Assembly: GCA_013151875.1 (NCBI GenBank)
Contig: JAADHL010000179.1
Span: 1-37,554, forward strand
Origin: Deltaproteobacteria bacterium
GTDB taxonomy: Bacteria > Myxococcota_A > UBA9042 > DTJE01
Direction: 5' to 3'
Length of the DNA: 37,554 nucleotides
Shown here piece after piece: positions 25,338 to 34,151 of the stretch. The notes beneath the pieces are model-generated. The model was given only the letters and a program-made list of their open reading frames with translations, was not told where the DNA came from and did no database searches. Position 1 is the first letter of the stretch. Every line of letters starts with the position of its first letter. The translations under genes and the position numbers were made by a program.

Positions 25338-28300
25338 ATCTTGCGCGGTTTTCCCTCAACCACCGCTCGCTGATCTGGATGCTGGTGGTGGCCAGCACGG
25401 CCTGGGGGATCTACAACTACCGGACAATCAGCCGCCGCGAGGACCCCGACATCAAGATTTCGGTTGCCATGGTCATCACGGTCTGGCCCGGCAAGGGCGC
25501 CGACGACATAGAGCGCCTGGTCACCAAGAAGCTGGAAGACGAAATCGAAAAGATGGGCGGGATCCGGGAACTCAAGTCCACCACCCGGGAAAACGTCTCG
25601 ATGATCTTTGTGAAGGTCAACTACGATACCGACATCGACATGGCGTGGCAGAAGCTGCGAAACCGCATCGATGAGGCGCGTCCCAACCTGCCGGATGGGA
25701 TCATCGGCCCCGAGGTCAAGGACGACTTCGGCGACGTGACGTCCATGGTGTGGTCCCTTTCGTCAAAGACGGCCGAGCCCAGGGAACTCAGGAAATGGGC
25801 GCGTGAGTTGAAGTCCAGGATCCAGGAACTGGACTCGGTGGGCAAGGTGAACCTGATCGGCGAGCAGCAGGAGATCATCTATATCGAAGGCCCCCTGGAC
25901 AGCTTCACCATGTACGGTTTCTCCCCTTTGACGGCCTCGAAGATCCTGGACTATCACAACGTGAACATGCCCGCGGGCTACGTGCGCACCGCGGACCGCA
26001 ACTTCAGGCTGGACGCAAGCGGCAGTTTCGAGATCCTGGACCAGATACGCAACGCGGTGCTGGACGTGTCGCGGGACACCGGCCACCCCTTGAGGGTCAG
26101 GGACGTGTTCACGGTGCGCAGGGCCTACAGGGAACCGCCCTACAGCAGGATGCTGACCAACGGCGACCTGTCCATCGGGCTCGACGTACGCATGAAGAAG
26201 GGCCGCAACATCGTGGCCATGGGTGCTCAGGTAAAGGCGGCCGCCAAGGAATTCAGGCGCATGCTGCCCCCAGGCATCGAATTGGGCCTGCTCCACGACC
26301 AGCCCAGGCAGGTGGACCTGTTCATCGACAACTTCATGAACAACCTGTTCGAGGGCCTGGCGATCGTCATCGTGGTGATGTTCCTGGCCATGGGGTTCAG
26401 ATCGACCGTGATAGTGGCTGTAAGCCTGCCCTTGTCCATCCTGTTGACCATCGCGCTCATGCCCTCGTTCGACGTGAACCTGGAGTCCATCTCGATCGCG
26501 GCCTTCATCATCGCCCTGGGCATGCTGGTGGACAACGCGATCATCGTCACGGACAACATCTACCGCTATCGCGAGTCCGGCGCGGACAGCAAAACCGCGT
26601 CGATAAACGGCGCTCATGACCTGATCAAGCCGGTGCTGACAGGCACACTGGCAACCGTCCTGGCATTTCTGCCTCTGCGACTCCTACAGAATGAAATGGG
26701 CGCCTACATCAGGGCCCTGCCCATCGTGGTGTCGATATCCATGCTGGCCTCGTTCGTGCTTTCCATGACCCTGACCCCGATTCTTACTTCTTCGCGGTTG
26801 CTCAAGATTCGCCGCCAGGACCCTTCGGAGAAGAAAGGGCCGGGTGTCGTGGCGCGGACCTATGCCCGGATGATGCGCGGCGGAATGAGGCTCAGATACG
26901 TGGTGGTGCTGCTGGCGCTGGCGGCCCTCGTGGGCGCCGTGGCCTTGCTGCCCAGCGTGGGTTTTTCGTTCTTCCCCAGGGTGGACCGGGACCAGTTCAC
27001 GATCGACATCTGGCTTCCGGAGGGCTCGGGGATAGAACGCACCGAGAGGACCGTACGCGAGGTCGAGCGGATCCTGAAAACCGAGGACCAGGTGGTATCG
27101 TGGGCGACCTACGTGGGGGAGGGCGGCCCCCGTTTCCACATCACCGTCGTGCCCCAGTTCAATACGCTGAATTACGCCCGTTTCATGGTCAACACAAAGG
27201 ACAAGAACGCCACGCGGGCCCTTGCGGCTCATCTAAACCAACGTTTTCGCAAAGAGATAGCGGGCGCCCGCGTCAGCGCGAAATCCATCCTGTTGGGAAT
27301 ACCGGTCGAGGCGCCCATCGCCATCAAGGTGACTGGACCGGACCTCGACGTCATGAAGACGATATCCGAGCAGATACAGCAGATCCTGCGATCCGTGCCG
27401 GGAACCGACATGGTCAGGGACAACATGGGCCAGGAAGTGGAGAGCATCAAGGTGCGCATCGATTCCGAGGCGGCCTCCATGGCCGGTCTGTCCAACACGG
27501 AGGTCGCCCTGGCCCTCCTGACCGCCAACGAGGGTCTGCCCGTAACCGATTTCAGGGAGGAAGAGGACAAGATCCCGATCATCCTGAGGGTTTCGAAAGA
27601 GGACAGGCGTTCATGGCGGTCCCTGGAGGACCTGCGGGTGCCCTCCCAGGCCACTGGTGACAAGGTGCCCCTGAAGGCATTCGCGACCCAGGAGATCGAG
27701 TGGTCCCCAGGCGTCATCCATCGGGTCGGCAACCGGCGCACCATCACGGTCATGTCGGACGTGTCGGGCAGGCTGGCCGACGACGTCATGCGCGAGGCCA
27801 GGCCCATGATAAACGCGTTGAAACTCCCCCCGGGCTACTCCCTGCGCTCGGAAGGCGAGGAAAAAGAACGCAACAAGGCCTTTGGAGAGCTGATTGTGAT
27901 CTTTGCGCTGATCATCGGTGGACTCTTGGTGATGATGGTGATCCAGTTCAACTCGATCAAGCGCGCGCTTACAATCCTTTTCAGCGTGCCGCTGGCCCTC
28001 ATAGGCGCGGTTCTGGGCCTCTATTTCAGCGGCAACAGCTTCAGTTTCATGGCCTTTCTGGGCGTGGTGTCCCTGGCGGGCATGGTGATCAAGAACGCCG
28101 TGGTCTGGGTCGAATTCGTGGACAGGGCGCTGGAAAAAGGGGAGGACCTGGCGGACGCCATTGTTGACGCGGGCCTCAAGCGTGCCCGACCCATCCTGCT
28201 GACCGCCGGCACCACCATCGGAGGCCTGTTGCCCCTGGCCCTGTTCGGCGGGGTCCTGTGGGAGGGCATGGCCTGGGCAATGGCCGCGGGTCTGGCCCTG

Positions 28301-28369
28301 GCCACGGTACTGACGCTGGTGGTGATTCCCATCGTGTTCTACTTGATGTTTCGGCGCACCGCTGTATAA
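25334..28369 (+). CDS. RND efflux pump inner-membrane permease (AcrB/AcrD/AcrF family)
   Basis: ORF 25334..28369, 1011 aa. N-terminus MNLARFSLNHRSLIWMLVV. It has the 12-TM arrangement with two large periplasmic loops, plus GMLVDNAIIV and VSLAGMVIKNAV motifs in TM4/TM10. Confidence 0.95.
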   Translation: MNLARFSLNHRSLIWMLVVASTAWGIYNYRTISRREDPDIKISVAMVITVWPGKGADDIERLVTKKLEDEIEKMGGIRELKSTTRENVSMIFVKVNYDTDIDMAWQKLRNRIDEARPNLPDGIIGPEVKDDFGDVTSMVWSLSSKTAEPRELRKWARELKSRIQELDSVGKVNLIGEQQEIIYIEGPLDSFTMYGFSPLTASKILDYHNVNMPAGYVRTADRNFRLDASGSFEILDQIRNAVLDVSRDTGHPLRVRDVFTVRRAYREPPYSRMLTNGDLSIGLDVRMKKGRNIVAMGAQVKAAAKEFRRMLPPGIELGLLHDQPRQVDLFIDNFMNNLFEGLAIVIVVMFLAMGFRSTVIVAVSLPLSILLTIALMPSFDVNLESISIAAFIIALGMLVDNAIIVTDNIYRYRESGADSKTASINGAHDLIKPVLTGTLATVLAFLPLRLLQNEMGAYIRALPIVVSISMLASFVLSMTLTPILTSSRLLKIRRQDPSEKKGPGVVARTYARMMRGGMRLRYVVVLLALAALVGAVALLPSVGFSFFPRVDRDQFTIDIWLPEGSGIERTERTVREVERILKTEDQVVSWATYVGEGGPRFHITVVPQFNTLNYARFMVNTKDKNATRALAAHLNQRFRKEIAGARVSAKSILLGIPVEAPIAIKVTGPDLDVMKTISEQIQQILRSVPGTDMVRDNMGQEVESIKVRIDSEAASMAGLSNTEVALALLTANEGLPVTDFREEEDKIPIILRVSKEDRRSWRSLEDLRVPSQATGDKVPLKAFATQEIEWSPGVIHRVGNRRTITVMSDVSGRLADDVMREARPMINALKLPPGYSLRSEGEEKERNKAFGELIVIFALIIGGLLVMMVIQFNSIKRALTILFSVPLALIGAVLGLYFSGNSFSFMAFLGVVSLAGMVIKNAVVWVEFVDRALEKGEDLADAIVDAGLKRARPILLTAGTTIGGLLPLALFGGVLWEGMAWAMAAGLALATVLTLVVIPIVFYLMFRRTAV

Positions 28370-28411
28370 CCTATTGGGTGCAAGTCGACTTTTCGTCACG
28401 AGGAGGACTCC

Positions 28412-28804
28412 ATGAGTCATCACGACCATTTTGATCGTCATCACCACCATGGCCGCCGTCACGATCGTCATCATCATCACCACGATGATCGGTGCTGCTG
28501 CGGCCACGGGGAACGTGACCGGCATCACGACTTTCACGGGGAACGATGTCGTGACGAAGGCCGTGAACGGGACCGGGGCGACGACTTCAATCCGTTCGAC
28601 TTTCAAAGGCACTTCGTCAGCGAACGGGAGGTCATCGAGGTCCTGCAGGACTATTTGACCGACCTGGAAAACGAGGCTCAGGGCGTGCGCGAGGCCATCG
28701 CCGAGATGAAGTCGGCCATGGCCGAGGCCGAACTGACCGCGGATTCCATTCAGACCGGCCCGGTGGACATCAAGCCCGAAAAAAAGAAGAAAAAGAAAAA
28801 ATAG
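28412..28804 (+). CDS. His/Cys-rich small protein with C-terminal coiled-coil and poly-lysine tail (putative metal-binding)
   Basis: ORF 28412..28804. AGGAGG lies 6 nt upstream of the ATG, and the gene starts 42 nt after the RND pump. MSHHDHFDRHHHHGRRHDRHHHHHDDRCCCGHGERDRHHDFHGERC is followed by an amphipathic helix (EVIEVLQDYLTDLENEAQGVREAIAEMK) and EKKKKKKK at the C-terminus. Confidence 0.7.
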   Translation: MSHHDHFDRHHHHGRRHDRHHHHHDDRCCCGHGERDRHHDFHGERCRDEGRERDRGDDFNPFDFQRHFVSEREVIEVLQDYLTDLENEAQGVREAIAEMKSAMAEAELTADSIQTGPVDIKPEKKKKKKK

Positions 28805-28964
28805 GCAGATGTTCGCCCGTCCAGCGACCGACTATCGACGGCAATCCGCGTCGCGTACCCCATTGCTCCTTGACGACCACTGGGCGTTGGTCTAAGAAAT
28901 CACCGGTTATTCCTTGTTTGAAATCAGGGGTCGTACGGCCCCTAAAGCCATGGAGGTCACTGAG

Positions 28965-29969
28965 ATGCTGAACAAAATCGGAGTCATCGGCGGTGGTTAC
29001 ATCGGCGGCGTGCTCGCCCAGGAGATCGCCAAGCGGCGTCTGGCCCGTGAGGTGGGACTGGTGGACCCGGCGCCATTCGTCAATCCCGACGACCCGCCGG
29101 AGAGGCAGGAGGTGGTCGGCAAGCAGTCGGTAGCCATCGGTAAGTGCCTGGACATTTCCGAGGGCCTGCCCACCATCGGCAAGGATGTGAAGCTGACGGG
29201 TTCCAAGGACTATTCGGCGATCAAGGACGCGGACCTGATCATCAACACCGCCGGCGTGCCGCGCAAGGCCCGTCCGGACGGGACCTTCCCCACCCGGGAA
29301 GAACTGTTGACGATCAACCTCAAGGTCACGAATCAGGTTGCGGCCGGCATCAAGGAGATGTGCCCAAATGCCACGGTCATCTCGATCGCCAACCCGCTGG
29401 ACGCGATCGTTTACACTCTGAACAAGGCCCTGAAGCCTGCCAAGAACAAGCTCATGGGCATGGCCGGCCAGCTTGATTCCGGCCGGTATTGCTATTTTGT
29501 CGCTGAAGCGGCCAACGTGTCGGTAGAGAACGTGAACGCCATGGTCATGGGCGGTCACGGCGACACCATGGTCCCGGTCCGCAGCTCCTGCCAGATCGCG
29601 GGCATCCCGGTCGAAAAGTTCCTCGACGACGAGACGCTCAAGGCCATTGAGGCCCGCACCCGTAAGGCGGGCGGCGAGGTCGTGGGTCTGCTGGGCTTCG
29701 GCTCGGCGTTCGTGTCGCCGGCGTGGGCCGCCCTGGAAATGGCCGAGGCCATCGCCTACGACAAGCGCAAGGTCCTGCCGGTATGCGCCAAGCTCGAGGG
29801 TGAGTACGGCGTCGACGGTCTGTTCGTGGGCGTGCCCTGCATCCTGGGCAAGAACGGCATCGAGAAGGTCCTCGAGATCGACCTGACCGCGGACGAGAAG
29901 GCCGCTTTCGAGCGCTCGGTAGGCGCTGTGCGCAAGACCTGCGACGAAGTCGAAGCGATGTCCGTGTAA
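28965..29969 (+). CDS. mdh: malate dehydrogenase (LDH/MDH superfamily, LDH-like MDH type) with elongated loops
   Basis: ATG at 28965 (GGAGG 8 nt upstream) within ORF 28914..29969. Motifs: IGVIGGGYIGG (Rossmann), GVPRK...TREELL (arginine at the specificity position), IANPLD, MGGHGDTMVP, GSAFVSPA. Confidence 0.85.
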   Translation: MLNKIGVIGGGYIGGVLAQEIAKRRLAREVGLVDPAPFVNPDDPPERQEVVGKQSVAIGKCLDISEGLPTIGKDVKLTGSKDYSAIKDADLIINTAGVPRKARPDGTFPTREELLTINLKVTNQVAAGIKEMCPNATVISIANPLDAIVYTLNKALKPAKNKLMGMAGQLDSGRYCYFVAEAANVSVENVNAMVMGGHGDTMVPVRSSCQIAGIPVEKFLDDETLKAIEARTRKAGGEVVGLLGFGSAFVSPAWAALEMAEAIAYDKRKVLPVCAKLEGEYGVDGLFVGVPCILGKNGIEKVLEIDLTADEKAAFERSVGAVRKTCDEVEAMSV

Positions 29970-30027
29970 AACGGGACCCGCGCAAGGACAACCGCCCGGG
30001 AACAACCCCCCGTCGGCAAACGCCGAT

Positions 30028-31923
30028 TCAAGTCAAATAGCGTGACAGCCATAATTCAAAGACCATCAGGCTGAATATCTCCTTGCGCATGTTGGCCCGG
30101 CCCGACATGTGGGCTTCAACCATCCGTGAAACCGCCGACGGCCGGAGAAATCCCTCCCGCGCCAGTTTTTCCGGGGCCAGTACTTCATGGACCAGGGGCT
30201 TCAGGTCCGTCCTCAGCCATCGGGCAAGCGGCATCCCGAACCCCTTCTTGGGACGCTGGATGATCCGGTCGGGGACCCTGCCCTTCAGCGCCTTTCTCAA
30301 CAGAATCTTGGTCCGTCTTCCCTTCAGGGACATGCCGGCGGGCAGGGCGAAGGCCAGCGCGACCATGTCCGGGTCCAGGAAAGGTGAACGGACCTCCAGC
30401 CCCACGGCCATGGACGCCCGGTCCGCCTTCACCAGCACCCCGTCCTGGAGATACAGCCTCGCATAGAGGTAGGACAGGGCCTTGAGGTCGGGCCAGCCCC
30501 GGCAATGTGACAGGCGGGCCTCGCAGTCCGGATACGGGCCGAGCCCTTGAAGCGACGGGGTCAACTCTGGGTTCATTACGTGACGGGCCATGGCCGGGTC
30601 CATGCCTCCGATCCATGTGAAGTGTCTTTCGAAATCGCCGTATTTGAGCCCCTTGGCGAACCTCAGCAGCTTATAGTCAAGGCTCCAATTGCCTGCCCCT
30701 GCGGGGATCATGGACATGAGTCCCGGCAACCACCTTTCGCGCGCTGCTCGCGGCAGCAGTCGCGCGGCCAGCTTTGCGGCGCGATGGGCCGAAAAGGTCG
30801 GGTATCCATAAAAGAGTTCGTCGCCGCCGTCCCCGGACAGGGCCACGGTCACACGGTCGCGCGTGAACCGGGACAGCATGTAGGTGGGGATGATCGAGTA
30901 GTCGCCCAGGGGTTCGTCCGCGATGAAGGCGCTGTTTTGCACCAGGTCCAGGGCATCGCGGCCGGTAAGGATGCGTTCGTGATGGTCGGTGCCGAGATGC
31001 CTGGCCACGGTCCTGGCCGGGCCGGATTCATCGAATGAGGGGTCGTCGAAGCCGATGGTGAACGTGCTGATCTCGGACGGCGGCACGTGCTCGGCCATGG
31101 CAGCGACGACGGCGGTCGAATCCAGACCGCCGGACAGGAACACGCCAAGGGGCACGTCGGACTCCAGGCGGGCGCCTGTCGTCCTGACCAGGGTTTCCCA
31201 TACACGAGTGGCCGCATCCCGCGGGTTCAGGTCCAACGGCCTTTCCGGGAGCCGGATTTCAGAGTGCCGTCCCTCGCGCGCCTCGCCCTCCCTTATCAGC
31301 ACGTACCCGCCGGCCTCGACCTTACGCACCCCTTCCAGGATGGACAGCGGCGTGGGCACGTAGTCCAGGGTCAGAAAACGGTACAGGGAGGCCGGGTCCA
31401 CACGTCGCGGCACTGCGGGGTGCTTCAGCATTGCCCGCATCTCAGAGGCAAATACGGGCAGGCCGTCGAACATGCCCCAGAACAGGGGTTTCTTGCCCAT
31501 GAGATCCCTGGCCAGCAGCAGGGTGCGGTCCCGGTCGTCCCACAGGGCCAGGGCGAACATCCCGTTCAGCCTGCCCAGCATGGCCTCCGCCTCTTCCTCC
31601 CACAGGTGCACCAGCACCTCGGTGTCGGAGCGGGAGGCGAACACGTGGCCCTTGGCGGTCAGTTCCCGCCTCAATTGATGGTGGTTGTAGATCTCGCCGT
31701 TGAAGACCACGCGGACCCGGCCGTCCTCGTTGGCCATGGGCTGGCGTCCGTCCTTCAGATCTATGATTGACAGACGCCGATGCCCCAGAAACGCGCCGGA
31801 TCCGGACCACATGCCCTCTTGATCCGGGCCCCGGTGCTCCAGCGACCGTGTCATTCGGCGCAGAATCCCGTCGTCGGCCGGTTCTGCCGGGCCGTCCTTC
31901 AGGAAACCGGCGATTCCGCACAT
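30028..31923 (-). CDS. asnB: asparagine synthase (glutamine-hydrolysing)-family amidotransferase
   Basis: Internal ATG at 31923 of ORF 30028..32553 gives MCGIAGF (N-terminal Cys nucleophile). Other motifs: HRGPD, RLSIIDL, and the PP-loop FLSGGLDST. The 5-prime extension in the track has no family support. Confidence 0.9.
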   Translation of the reverse strand: MCGIAGFLKDGPAEPADDGILRRMTRSLEHRGPDQEGMWSGSGAFLGHRRLSIIDLKDGRQPMANEDGRVRVVFNGEIYNHHQLRRELTAKGHVFASRSDTEVLVHLWEEEAEAMLGRLNGMFALALWDDRDRTLLLARDLMGKKPLFWGMFDGLPVFASEMRAMLKHPAVPRRVDPASLYRFLTLDYVPTPLSILEGVRKVEAGGYVLIREGEAREGRHSEIRLPERPLDLNPRDAATRVWETLVRTTGARLESDVPLGVFLSGGLDSTAVVAAMAEHVPPSEISTFTIGFDDPSFDESGPARTVARHLGTDHHERILTGRDALDLVQNSAFIADEPLGDYSIIPTYMLSRFTRDRVTVALSGDGGDELFYGYPTFSAHRAAKLAARLLPRAARERWLPGLMSMIPAGAGNWSLDYKLLRFAKGLKYGDFERHFTWIGGMDPAMARHVMNPELTPSLQGLGPYPDCEARLSHCRGWPDLKALSYLYARLYLQDGVLVKADRASMAVGLEVRSPFLDPDMVALAFALPAGMSLKGRRTKILLRKALKGRVPDRIIQRPKKGFGMPLARWLRTDLKPLVHEVLAPEKLAREGFLRPSAVSRMVEAHMSGRANMRKEIFSLMVFELWLSRYLT

Positions 31924-31925
31924 GG

Positions 31926-32921
31926 TCAGGCCTCGGGGTCCGGGGGTGCCTTCCCGTCCGATTCGGGCAGGTTGATGGTGGTCTTGATCAGGTACGGGGG
32001 CTTGTTCTGTCCCTCGAAGTAGGTGCGCATGGACATCTCGGCCAGCAGGCCGAACAAAAGGAACTGGAATCCCGTCAGGAAAAGAAAAATCGATATCAGA
32101 AAGAACGGGTCCGTGAACAGGGGAAGGCCCCACCACAGGCGCTTGAAAATGGTCCACGCCAGGGTCAATGTGCCCAGGGCGCACGCCATAAGGCCGTACT
32201 TGCCGATAAAGTACAGGGGTTTGGTCGAGTAGGACAGCAGGAAACGCACGGTGAGCAGGTCCAGGATGAGTCGGATGGACTTTGTGAGCGTGTACTTCGA
32301 CCTTCCCGCCCGTCGCGGGCGGTGGTTTACCGGCTCCTCGACCACGGATCCGCCGGCCCATTTCACGTACGCGGGGATGAGCCGGTGCATCTCGCCGTAC
32401 AGGCGGAAGTCCCTCAGTATGTCGGCCCTGTACACCTTCAGGGTGCATCCGTAGTCGTGCAGCTTTACGCCCGTCACCAGAGACACCAGGCGATTTGCGA
32501 TACGCGAAGGCAGGGTCTTGGTCCAGAACGCGTCCCTGCGTCGAAGGCGCCATCCGGATACCACGTCGAAGCCCTCATCCAGCCTCTTCAGCAACCTGGG
32601 TATGTCGGCCGGGTCATTCTGGAGGTCGGCGTCCATGGGCACGATCACCTTGCCCGTGGCGGTACGGAATCCCGCGTCAAGAGCCGCTGTCTGACCGAAG
32701 TTGCGCGCGAATGCGACCACCTTGACCCGGGGGTCCTCGGCGGCCAGTTCACGCAGGATTTCCATGGAGCCGTCCGTGCTGCCGTCGTCGCACGCGATTA
32801 TCTCGAAGCTGCGCCCGGTTTCCTCCAGGGCCTTGACCGTCTCGCGATACATGTCGCGCAGGTTGTCGACTTCGTTGAACACGGGCAGCACGACGGAAAT
32901 GTCCGGGACGTGTCTCTCCAT
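31926..32921 (-). CDS. family 2 glycosyltransferase, membrane-anchored polyprenyl-phosphate glycosyltransferase type (GtrB/ArnC-like)
   Basis: Internal ATG at 32921 of ORF 31926..33032 gives MERHVPDISVVLPVFNE. Other motifs: CDDGSTDGS, MDADLQNDP, and two C-terminal TM helices (YFIGKYGLMACALGTLTLAW, FFLISIFLFLTGFQFLLFGLLAEM). Its stop lies 2 nt before the asnB start. Confidence 0.85.
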   Translation of the reverse strand: MERHVPDISVVLPVFNEVDNLRDMYRETVKALEETGRSFEIIACDDGSTDGSMEILRELAAEDPRVKVVAFARNFGQTAALDAGFRTATGKVIVPMDADLQNDPADIPRLLKRLDEGFDVVSGWRLRRRDAFWTKTLPSRIANRLVSLVTGVKLHDYGCTLKVYRADILRDFRLYGEMHRLIPAYVKWAGGSVVEEPVNHRPRRAGRSKYTLTKSIRLILDLLTVRFLLSYSTKPLYFIGKYGLMACALGTLTLAWTIFKRLWWGLPLFTDPFFLISIFLFLTGFQFLLFGLLAEMSMRTYFEGQNKPPYLIKTTINLPESDGKAPPDPEA

Positions 32922-32968
32922 GGCTGAACATGATAACATGGTTGATGTGATCGAAGCCGGAGGAACCA

Positions 32969-34081
32969 TTGCCTCAGGCAAGCAGAAAAGGCCCTTATCG
33001 TCCCCGCAATCCCAAAGCCTCACCCAATCCAAGATACCGTCCCAGGGACCCTAAGAGGGCCAAATACTACAAGGCGTCGCTGGTGGCCGCGTCCGTGTTT
33101 CTGGTGTTGGCCGTTTTGTTTCCATTCTGGCTGGACCATGTGAAGAGGTCCCGGGACAGAGCCGATATCGAGGCCAGCGCGGCGGTATCGTTCGTGCCTC
33201 CAAAGACCCAGGTCGCGGCGCCGGTCAAGCGCATCAGATCCCCGGTGGCGACCGTGCCCTATTCGAACATGCCGAACGCCGGGTGTCAGGCATACGTCAA
33301 CGCCAGGTGCAACGCCTTGGGGATCCGCCCGGGAATATGCGGCGAGATCGAAGGGGTGGCCGCGCGGGTTCCGTCCAGTGAGGGGATGCCAGGGTGCAGG
33401 AAGGCGGTCGAGGCGAGGCTGAAAGAGGCCGCCAGCTATTCCATGGTGGACGAAAAGGAAGATACAGAGGCCGAATTCGCGGGGGCGGGCGATGGAACGG
33501 CAACAGCCCCCCTTGTGGTTGCCGCGGGCGGCAAAGGGACTCAGGAAGAAAAAGATTCAGAAGAAAAAGATTCAGAGGAACAGGGGAAGCAGGATGTCGA
33601 TAAAAAGAAGGTCAAGGAGGGGTCCGGAAAGTCTGATCTGACCCCCGCCGAGAAGGCTGACAATCTGGAGAGGATTCACATCCTGGTGGAAGAGCTGCAA
33701 CGCGCCTCTCTGAATTATTCCACCCTGCCCGCCGCCCAGAGGGTGCGCTTCATGGAGCTGCAAAAACGCGTCGAGAAGGACGGAAGCCCCGAACTGCGCA
33801 AGCTTTATAACGTGCTGCTCAGGCAGCATGGGCGAACCGCGTGGTACGACGTGGGCAAGGCTGGACTCAACGCCACGGAATCAAAGAGGATCGAGACGGG
33901 ATCCAGGACCGAACCGGCCCCTACCACCACGCCCCAGATGGACGAGGTGCGCAAGATGATGAATCAGGCCCGCCGTGAGGCCGGCAGACCGACCGGACCG
34001 CCGCCGTCACTGGGCCCATCATCTCCGCCGACCTCGATCGAACCGTCGTCCGTGGAAGCGCCCCCGGCGAGAAGTCTATAG
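32969..34081 (+). CDS. hypothetical single-pass membrane protein with basic Pro-rich N-terminus and acidic low-complexity ectodomain
   Basis: ORF 32969..34081. The TTG start is preceded by GGAGG (32959..32963) with 5-nt spacing, and there is no in-frame ATG before the TM helix (LVAASVFLVLAVLFPFWL). It has 4 Cys after the TM, an EEKDSEEKDSEE stretch and a Pro-rich C-terminus. Confidence 0.5.
   Translation: MPQASRKGPYRPRNPKASPNPRYRPRDPKRAKYYKASLVAASVFLVLAVLFPFWLDHVKRSRDRADIEASAAVSFVPPKTQVAAPVKRIRSPVATVPYSNMPNAGCQAYVNARCNALGIRPGICGEIEGVAARVPSSEGMPGCRKAVEARLKEAASYSMVDEKEDTEAEFAGAGDGTATAPLVVAAGGKGTQEEKDSEEKDSEEQGKQDVDKKKVKEGSGKSDLTPAEKADNLERIHILVEELQRASLNYSTLPAAQRVRFMELQKRVEKDGSPELRKLYNVLLRQHGRTAWYDVGKAGLNATESKRIETGSRTEPAPTTTPQMDEVRKMMNQARREAGRPTGPPPSLGPSSPPTSIEPSSVEAPPARSL
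33545..33574 (+). repeat. in-frame 15-bp tandem duplication (GAAGAAAAAGATTCA x2)
   Basis: Two exact 15-mers at 33545..33559 and 33560..33574 encode EEKDS EEKDS. Confidence 0.85.
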
Positions 34082-34151
34082 GCAAACAGTAATTTCGGTC
34101 GCTCGAGCGCGTCGGTCACCATCCGGCGGCGGCAACGGGCTACGCCCGCCA

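Noticed and set aside
34101-34110. The 10-bp palindrome CGCTCGAGCG between convergent genes, as a possible terminator.
   Set aside because: It is a perfect palindrome with no loop, no extended stem and no T-tract. More generally I found no convincing rho-independent terminator in the window.
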